This document shows positions 55,199 through 64,000 of a stretch of 64,000 bases of DNA, one piece after another. Position numbers and translations under genes: made by a program. Source of the DNA: Octopus sinensis (Eukaryota); assembly GCF_006345805.1 (NCBI RefSeq), contig NC_042999.1, forward strand, positions 106,206,001 to 106,270,000. The letters are read 5' to 3'. Under the pieces are notes generated by a model. The model was not told the DNA's origin. It worked only from the letters and a program-made list of their open reading frames with translations, and made no database searches. Every line of letters starts with the position of its first letter. Position 1 is the stretch's first letter.

Positions 55199-57885
55199 GT
55201 TATAGACACACCTTGTATATCAACCCCACTTCAGCATATATCTGAAACATAAACTGAAGAAATTTTATAAAAGAACACGAAGCAAACACTACCTCGACAA
55301 AACAGGAAGTTTAAAATCCTTCTATACTTACCAAATTACTTATAGAGCAATGAACATCTAGAGAGAAACATATAAACATTCAACCTTTACTCAAACAATT
55401 TTGTGAACATCAAGGAACATGCAAAAAATTGTAAATACTAACAACGCTATGACATGTCTGACATATAACCTCAACCTTACAAATGAAAACAGGAAATACA
55501 CTAAGTAACAACTACAACAAGTAAAGACAGAACCAGCTTAAACTTACGATCTACCTACAATATTTTATGAAGTAAAGGTGACGCACCCAATTACTAAGGG
55601 CTTAGGTACTGAACTTTGTAACTTTATGATTATGGTGAACTCAATTTTCATTGATTGTGATGATTCTGCTCTTCAATGTCGAGCAGATAGGATTTTAAAA
55701 AATTAAGTTGAATAGCAGTCATATGATGAGAGACACACTGACCAAGATTCGACCATTTCTTTAATACGTGCATAGTTTCTCCAGCTTGCTTTGGATTTCC
55801 CTTAATTACAGATTTCTGAATATATATGAATATATGTAAGGTTTATGTAATTGTTTTGCAAGATTCTTGATATTGGCAGACTTCAGTCGTCCAGATCGAG
55901 TGGCGTCTGTGAGAGAAAATGTCCCGGCGTGCAACCGACACAGAGAATGGATATTTCTTGCCATTTACATTGCTTAAGTTCCCCTTTTGAATCCATACAT
56001 CATTCAGTGTATTATACATAGATTATCTAAACTCATTTTATAGGTTGATATCGATACAATTTTAACAGCTATTGTGTAAAAGTAATCAGTAAAGTGTATT
56101 ACAATTATTTTACCGTAACTGTTAGAAATTACTCCCAAAGTGATCGTATCAAAAGTGCGACTGAACTTTCTTTCTAAGCTGATATATTTACCTGTAGTGA
56201 CACTTGTAATCTTATAGTAGCTATATGCTGATATAAGCATGTAATTAAACCTCTGAATTCTATAGAAATATTGTACTGTGAAGAACAGACTAACGATCAT
56301 ACAAAGTTCATTTTAATTGGTTTACATGTCCATACACATATTCATGACCACACACACTTATGCATGAAGATACTAATACACACACAGTTATGCACAGATA
56401 TAAGCACATATATGTTTGTGAGCATGTTTAAATAGCTATAAATTTATGTACACACATACTTGTATGAAACCATATACCGATGGGTGAATGCATAAATGAT
56501 ACAAATATTTGTTGCATCGTATTATTGCTAACATTTCTGTGTGAATTGTGTGTCTAGGTCATCAGAGTGTGTTATATGCAACCATTGCATGCTGCATGTG
56601 AACTGTCTATGCAGACAGACTGCGGAGCATGTCATTTGAAAAGAATTATTAGGTATATTGTTCATTGTATAAAACATAGATATATCTATCACAGTAAGCA
56701 CGTGATATGAAATATATTTGATATGACAACGATTTGGTAGGTGGTACTACAGAAGATATATGATATTTTAAAGCTGAGAAAATATATGTAATACATAAGA
56801 ACGATTTTGCAAATCTCGTTCATGAGAAGAAAAGAATGGATATAATACATATAGAATCTACACGGAAAATTGTTATTTGCGTCTATCCTACTCATACCGC
56901 CAACGATGCAGTTGTGCGGTGATTGCATTATGTTTAAAGCAGTCGAGGAATTTGTAGATAACAGGAAAGACATTCTATGTTATTAATAACTTTTTAACGA
57001 TGTTATTAAGAGCTATACGTGTATGAATGCATATGTATTAATTAATGATGCATACATATGGATGTGTAATTGTAAATGTTATATGTAGTTATTTGACATA
57101 ATGGGCATTTGTGAGGGTGTTCTGAAATAATATATTTTCAGCGGGTGTTCTTTCTGATACAACCGATTTCATTGTTATGCGTACTATGATATACATAACG
57201 TACGAAGCCTTTCTAAGCCAACGCCCATTGCTTTATAATACTAGTTTCGTACAGATGAATATATATGAATATATGCAAGGTTTATGTATTTGTTTTGCAA
57301 GATTCTTGATGTTAAACTCGGTGCAGAAACAGATATTGTTATATCTAGGGACGGTCATTTATCATTAAAAGGACGCACTATTTATTTGGTCTTCACTTAT
57401 TATTATTGTTGTTGTTGTTAGTATTATTGTTGTTGTTATTACTATTATTATAATTGTTGTTGTCATTATTACTATTATTATTATTATTTACTATTTATTT
57501 TTTTCACTTTTAAACTTCATGTTTGTTACTATCATTGCCAAGACACACCCAGCATCCTGGGGCGAGTAAAGTATAAGAGATGTTAACGTATGAGTGAAAG
57601 CTTGGAGAGGGCAAGTGACAACGGCAGTAGCGAAATATCTTCATGTAATACAACGTGAAAATCCTTTACAGATATATTTTTAACATTGGGAACACTTACA
57701 TCTATTAGACAACATGTGTTTTCTTCTCTATCTTTAATAAGTATGCCTGGTCAATTACCTTGGATCGTTCTGTCAGTGTTGATTGGAAAATCTCAGAGGA
57801 TAGCGACATTTTTACCCTCAATCACTGACTCGAGGTAAATGTTCATACTAGTAAGCAGGAGTGCTGATTTTGTAGTGTTTACATA

Positions 57886-59176
57886 CGAGGGGCGTTCTAT
57901 AAGTAATGCCCCTGATCCACTTAAAGTTGTTCGATCTAGCTTAAATTTTGCATGTCCAATTATCTATATCACGATAGATCAAGTGGCAAATTACAGCTCT
58001 ACACTAATTGTGGTTTCTGATTTACAGGTGTTTGAACTGAGTCAAGTGTGAAATGGAGTCTGTTGAATGTCGAGCAGTGATCCGGTTTTGTATTTGAAAG
58101 AACGCACACCACGGGAGACTTTTAATGAAATGAAAGTAACTTATTGTGATAATGCCCCATCATATGACCTTGTAAAACGCTGGCAGCGTGAATTCAAACA
58201 TGGTTGGAACTCTGTGGAAACAGCTCCCAGATCTGGTCGCCCCCTTCTGCCATTGATGAGGCATTTGTCCGTCAAGTTGAGGCTGCCATTTTGGAAGATC
58301 GACGCATAACTATTCGCGAAATAGCCCATGAAGTCAAGATTAGTACCGGGTCTGTGGAAACTATCATTCATGACCATTTGCATATGCAAAAGGTGTCTGC
58401 CAGATGGATTCCCAGGTTGCTCACATCTTTCCAGAAGCAAGAACGCGTCGATTGCTCGAGGATGAATTTGGAGATGTGCCAAGAAGATGAGTCAAAATTT
58501 TTCAAAAGACTGATTACACAGGATGAAACCTGGGTCCATCACTATGATCCAAAGACCAAAGCCCAGTCAATGCAGTGGAAGCACCGTGACTCTCCTCCTC
58601 CAAAGAAGGCAAGAGTGCAGCCCTCCGCTGGCAAGGTCATGCTCACAGTCTTCTGGGACCAGGACGGAGTAGTGATGACAGATTTCCTGGCAAATGGTGC
58701 CACAATTACAGGAGCCTATTATGCTTCACTTTTGAGGAAATTAAGAGAAGCTATCAAAATCAAGAGGCGGGGCAAGATCAGCAAAGGCATCCTCCTCCTG
58801 CAGGACAACGCTCTGGTCCACAACTCGCATTTCGCCAGATCAGAAGCACAGGCGTGCGGCTATGAACTCCTCCCCCATCCCCCCTGCTCTTCTGACCTTG
58901 CACCTTCGGATTTTCACCTCTTCCCAACCATGAAGTTGTTTTTGAAAGGAAAGCGTTTCCCAGATGATGCAACCTTGATTTCTGAAGTCACGTCGTGGCT
59001 GGAGGACCAAGCTGGTGTCTTCTACAGAAACGGTCTTCAGAGCTGCATCAATCGATGGGAGAAATGCGTAACTCTGGGTGGTTCCTATGTAGAAAAAGAC
59101 TAATAACTGTGCCAAGTTTCGTTGCTCTACTGCTATGGGAAGTGGGTCAGCGACATTACTTATTGAACGCCCCTCG
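57886..59176 (+). mobile_element. Full-length mariner DNA transposon (1291 bp) with TA TSDs
   Basis: TA at 57884-57885 and 59177-59178; 37-bp TIRs cgaggggcgttc(t/a)ataagtaatg...ccactt with 4 mismatches. Confidence 0.97.
58053..59103 (+). pseudogene. Mariner DD34D transposase, two 1-bp frameshifts near the 5' end, no internal stops once corrected
   Basis: MESVECRAVIRF/LYLKERTP...SGRP/PSAIDE...KVSARWIPRLL...ITQDETWVHHYDP...LLQDNALVH...HPPCSSDLAPSDFHLF; 34 residues between the 2nd and 3rd catalytic Asp. Confidence 0.95.
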
Positions 59177-59344
59177 TATTTTCCAATGTAAATACTGTAA
59201 ATACTCCAGTGGCGATTTTTGTATACGTTTGGTGTCAGCACATGACACCCCGAGACGAGATGATCGATTGTTTCGTCAAATGTGTCACATAATCTACTTT
59301 TACAGTCAGAACCGTGTTGAAGAACGTTAGACTGGTAGTTTTTG

Positions 59345-59960
59345 AAAGCAATCTTTGATCTTGTGCCGCCAATATGAAACCTTCAGTCTCTGCTTTCAGT
59401 CCTCAACTTCTCTGCTATTAATGCGTTGTTGCCTAGTCTACGTCAGCATTTTGACTTCGAAATGTACAATGTCGATGCAGAGCTTCTGGTTTCACCATTC
59501 CTCAATTTGTTTCTGTCCGTTTTTTTTTTTTTGCATTCTGCTTGATCCACTTTGCTTGTTTTGTGGCAGTGGTCGCAGGTTTTCAACTATTTCAAGTTTA
59601 ATGCCAAGTTCCCTTGGGAATTTGCAAGCTTCCTTGGCAATAGAATGTGGTGTTTTGGTTCTTTCGTGTTTGCACGCAAGCCGCACCATCCAGAACTCTG
59701 TACTAGATAATTAACTGCTCTTTGCTATTGTGGAGGTCTTATAGCATAGATCGACATGCATCATTCCTCTTCTCCCATTACTTCTATGTAGGTACAGACA
59801 ATCAACGTCTGCTTTTGGGTGGCACATGTTCTTAGATGTTAGTACTTTCCTTGTCTTTCTGTCCAGGCAGCGCCGTAAGATTCCAGTTAATGATGTTATG
59901 ACTATATTGGACTAATAGAAGGGCCAGGATGTTAATGGCGTCGATACGGTGTCAGTTGGG
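59345..59960 (-). mobile_element. R4/Dong-like fragment (post-RT region)
   Basis: INILALLLVQYSHNIINW and GLKAETEGFILAAQDQ in reverse frames. Confidence 0.85.
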
Positions 59961-60053
59961 TTCAGTTTTTAGTATGAGTTTTACTCTCTTGTACTACTAC
60001 TTATTTCTTCCTTCATAGTAGCATGTATATCATTTCCTTTGCTTATCCCCAGG

Positions 60054-60054
<1 letters not shown>

Positions 60055-60130
<76 letters not shown>

Positions 60131-60185
60131 ATTATTATTTTATTATTATTATTATTTTATTATTATTATTATTATTATTATTATA
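60055..60185. repeat. (TTA)n microsatellite
   Basis: Directly visible. Confidence 0.95.
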
Positions 60186-60539
60186 TTTGCTGTTTTCGAA
60201 CGCTCCAAGTCAGTTCAGTTCAAAATATTTTTTACACCAGGATTCGTGTCTTTTTGCAATAATCATTTTATTCTAAATTATGAGCAGAAACACCAGGAAC
60301 CTATCACTTATTTTCTATGGTTGGTTAGTCCTAGAGGGGCAATATTTGGCCAACCTAATAGTTTCGGTGTATATTAATTTAATTATATCAAATACAACTA
60401 AGCAAGATGGCAGACCGCGTCTTGAAAGAGTTCTGAGAAAAGAGCAGATCCCCTTCCATAAATCTGACAACTGTTGAAGATTTCCCCACTTCCCTCTCTT
60501 ATTGGCAGCAATACAGAGGAAGGGGAAGAGAAAAACGAG

Positions 60540-60860
60540 AGAGTACAAAGTCCAACCTGCAACAATAGTAGTACCAGTGATAGCAACAGCGGTAACAATG
60601 ACAAAAACAGCAGCCCCAACAGTGATAGTTGCTGCAGTAGTAGTAGTAACAGTAACAATATCAACGAAACAGACTACAACTGCAGTAGCAATAACAATAA
60701 CAACAACAAAAATGATAGCAAAGTGACAACAGCAACAGCTACAAAACCAATACCAACAATATCGAAATTACCAACAACAACGGCAACAGCAACAAACAAC
60801 AACGAAAACATTACCGACAACAAAAACACGTTCGCGACAGCAATAGTTGCGAAGAGCAAA
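60540..60860. repeat. AAC/AGT-rich low-complexity tract
   Basis: Directly visible; explains the N/T/S-rich ORFs there. Confidence 0.85.
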
Positions 60861-60909
60861 AGAATGCATTACCGTAGACCTCACAAATAGGGACAGAGCA
60901 TGGAAAGTG

Positions 60910-61180
60910 ATAAACCAAGAGAAAACTTGGGCCAGTTTCACCTTTCCATCAGAGCGAAGACAGACGAAATGCCGTTTAGTACTTTCTCCGGCGTTTTATT
61001 GATTCTACCAGTTAGTCGCATTAAGAACAATGATAATCATTTTTACAATAGGCCTATACCCTGAAATTTGTAGGGAAAGAGAAGACAACCTTACGGAATT
61101 TTAAATTCGGAACGCAATGAGTCGGAAGAAATGCCGCTAAGCATTTTGTCCACTAAGCATTCTGACAGTTCCTTGCCTTA
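60910..61180 (-). mobile_element. Two decayed SINE head fragments
   Basis: gacagacgaaatgccg...ctttctccggcg...gattctaccag and tttaaattcggaacgc...gaaatgccgctaagcattttgtcc are reverse complements of the 21433-type head. Confidence 0.65.
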
Positions 61181-64000
61181 AGAACAATGACAATTATGAA
61201 TCCTAATATTAGCAGAGTGTGGTCAGAATCGACATCTTGTTGTTTGAGTTGACGATGATAATAGTCATTCCAGCTGTGATTATACAATTTATATTTACAA
61301 TCATATATTTTCAAAAATTCATTCTTTATTAAATAAGTTAGGATTTAAGCGTTTTAGCAATTACTTCTAGGAATATAAGTATAGGTTATCCGGTCGGATT
61401 ATGTAAAGAGGTTTCATTTAATAATAGAAAAATTTATTACATAACGCAATAAAGCTTTCACCCGTTTTAATAATTGAAATGATGTATGTATTTGTCCTTT
61501 CATTTGATATATCACCATGCAAGTTTCCGATGGCCCAGCTATGACAAATAATATTTAAAAATATTAATCATTTTACTTTGTAGCAAATTATAGTTCACAT
61601 TGATTTTGTAAGAAAGTCAATAAATTTGTAAAAGCGCTCGCAAAGCCAGTATGCTCCAATATTGATAGAGTTACACATTTATCATCAGCAACCGGAGAAT
61701 AATCACTATGTGGTGACTCGATCTGTATGAAATATCAAACACACCAACTTGAAATCACATCTTAGCCTCTTTAACAAGAATAACCTAGCCCGATGTTTAT
61801 TAGGCCAATGAAAACAATGGATCGTATCTGATCAATCGACAAATATTGAATTAAACAACAAGAACAAACAACATTTAATATCTGCGTTACAATTCTGGAG
61901 TGAGAATACCTGCTTTACAATTTATGAAGTCTAATTATTTTTCGACCTGACATTATCTTTACTCGTGGATGTTTTCTCATAAAATTCGTATTTTTCATCA
62001 AACCCTCATTGGAATTCTTTATCGGATGCATAATGCAATAATTCTACATGCCACAAAACAGTAGTTTCCTGTTCATGGTAGAAAAGAGAAATTGACTATA
62101 GGCCAGCATTTTTTCTTGTTTTTCAAACTGATAAATGTAAACAAACAGTTTTTGCAAAGATACCATACTTAATATAAACATAACACTTTGTACAATCAAC
62201 TATATTACAGCTGATGGCGAACGAGTGAACGGTTATTAATTATTGAAATAACATGAGTACCACGTAGACTGGATTTGTCAAATTTACATGCTTTCGATAA
62301 CAGTAATTGCACCACCATGAATACAGAGCCATGGTGAAAGAGGACTTATTAATCAAAGAACTTGCATACGGTTTGCTATGTCACAATGCAATCAACTTTC
62401 TACTCGCTCTGCAAATAACACAAAACAAAATGAAAGTAGTACTCTGGGAATGATTCAAGCAATGATCCCCATTATTTTTCCTTGTGATGTGACAATTATA
62501 TCTACGGAAAAAAATGAAATCTTCAACGAAATTATGGTAAGTTCAGAAAATTGGATTAAAATATGAGCAATGTAGTTCTCATAAAATAAATATTTAACAA
62601 TTATCGAGTTTCCTTATTATAGATTTTATATTTAATATGTCACTGTTGTAAAAATTTTTAGTTTCCCAAGTTTTAATGAAGCAGTAAATACATTGCTCTT
62701 TCTCCTCCATTTTGTGTATTGTGTATATACATGTGTGTATGTGTGTAATGCTTGTGCGTTTGTGTGTCTGTGTGCTCGTATAGGTATCTGCGTATATATA
62801 TATATATATATACCTAATAATCCAACATCATGTACCAACTAGAATGATTTAATTTCATACACACACGTGCGCGCACACACACAAACACAGACACACACAC
62901 ACATACACACACAGATATATATATATATATATACTTCGGTAGGTTTTGAAATTCACACACATACACACACGCGCAGGCACACAATCATAAATAAGGTATA
63001 TAAATATATATATCACACACAAACATCAGAAATTCAAATATCCTTTTGATATACCTTTGTCAAGATCCCAACATTTGACTCTGCTGGGGACTTAATTACA
63101 TATATCAAAAATCAATATATAAAAACAGATATTATTTGATATTCAGAAATGTTCAAATAATACCAACATTTATGAAAGCTGTTGTGATCACCATCATCGC
63201 CACCACGATTGTCACAATAAATTAAAAAGATAAAAAGAATTTGAAAACCCCGGTTAAACAATAAATTTATTCCTGTTTATCATTGACTTCATGTTTTGCT
63301 ATCAGAATGTTTTATACCATCTGTCATTATCTGATCTAGACTGACATGCTTGACCTAAACAGGATAATTTGTCTTTCTAGTGAAATATGTCAATAAATTT
63401 TGTTTACACATGAAATATCAAAGAACGTATTCAACCAAAGAGTTCATGTCAAACCTATTATATTCTCTTTCGATAAGAACATATTCCTTGGACTCCAATT
63501 CTTTAACATCCATTTGCTTCACACAGTTTTTCAATTTCACCATCGTTTTAAAAATTTTGTTGTAATTGATTCTTTTAGCCTTTGTTTTACCAAAACGAAA
63601 ACTTTTCCTAGACACATGAGCTTTATTTCATATATACATTTTCCCCTACTTTGATCAGGTAAAGAGAACATGATGTAATACAAAAATGAATGCATATTCC
63701 CTGCACATTGACTATCAATACCAGCACAATAGTCCCCAGAGATAATATAATCTGCAAGGGTTTAAGCAACCATAATGATAACGTCCACGGTATTGTGCAC
63801 GAGCTATGCAACCATTTAGAAAATTGAAGATGGCGATAATGCGGAGAAACGATTATCACACCAGCGAATTAGTTTCGTAGCTTCCTCTAAATTCACTCCC
63901 AAACCTTTACAAATCTAGCATAAAACTCTTTATGTTCATACTTAAAATGAATAGGTCAGCTGATGGGTTTTCTCCTTACGTTAAAGGTTACACTGAGGAA

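Overview
AT-rich, microsatellite-dense eukaryotic DNA with no recognisable host gene. The SINE families and repeat landscape resemble coleoid cephalopod (Octopus-like) DNA; this is an inference from pattern recognition, not a search result. The window is a transposon graveyard. It holds a Penelope-like retroelement (RT + GIY-YIG) with inverted and direct terminal repeats, a tRNA-derived head and a decayed hammerhead ribozyme. It also holds an RTE LINE with an ~80-bp flanking duplication, Tx1/L1, CR1/Jockey and RTE-like fragments, several R4/Dong (RLE) fragments, four mariner copies (one full length, 1291 bp, DD34D), a Chapaev-like (CMC) transposase remnant, a complete non-autonomous Helitron plus partial ones, and many tRNA-derived SINEs. 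Non-TE structure includes a near-identical ~1.26-kb tandem duplication, two long inverted repeats each centred on a microsatellite, and a composite GAA minisatellite. Most ORFs in the supplied track are microsatellite artefacts. A few weak exon candidates are reported at low confidence. Coordinates of decayed elements are approximate.
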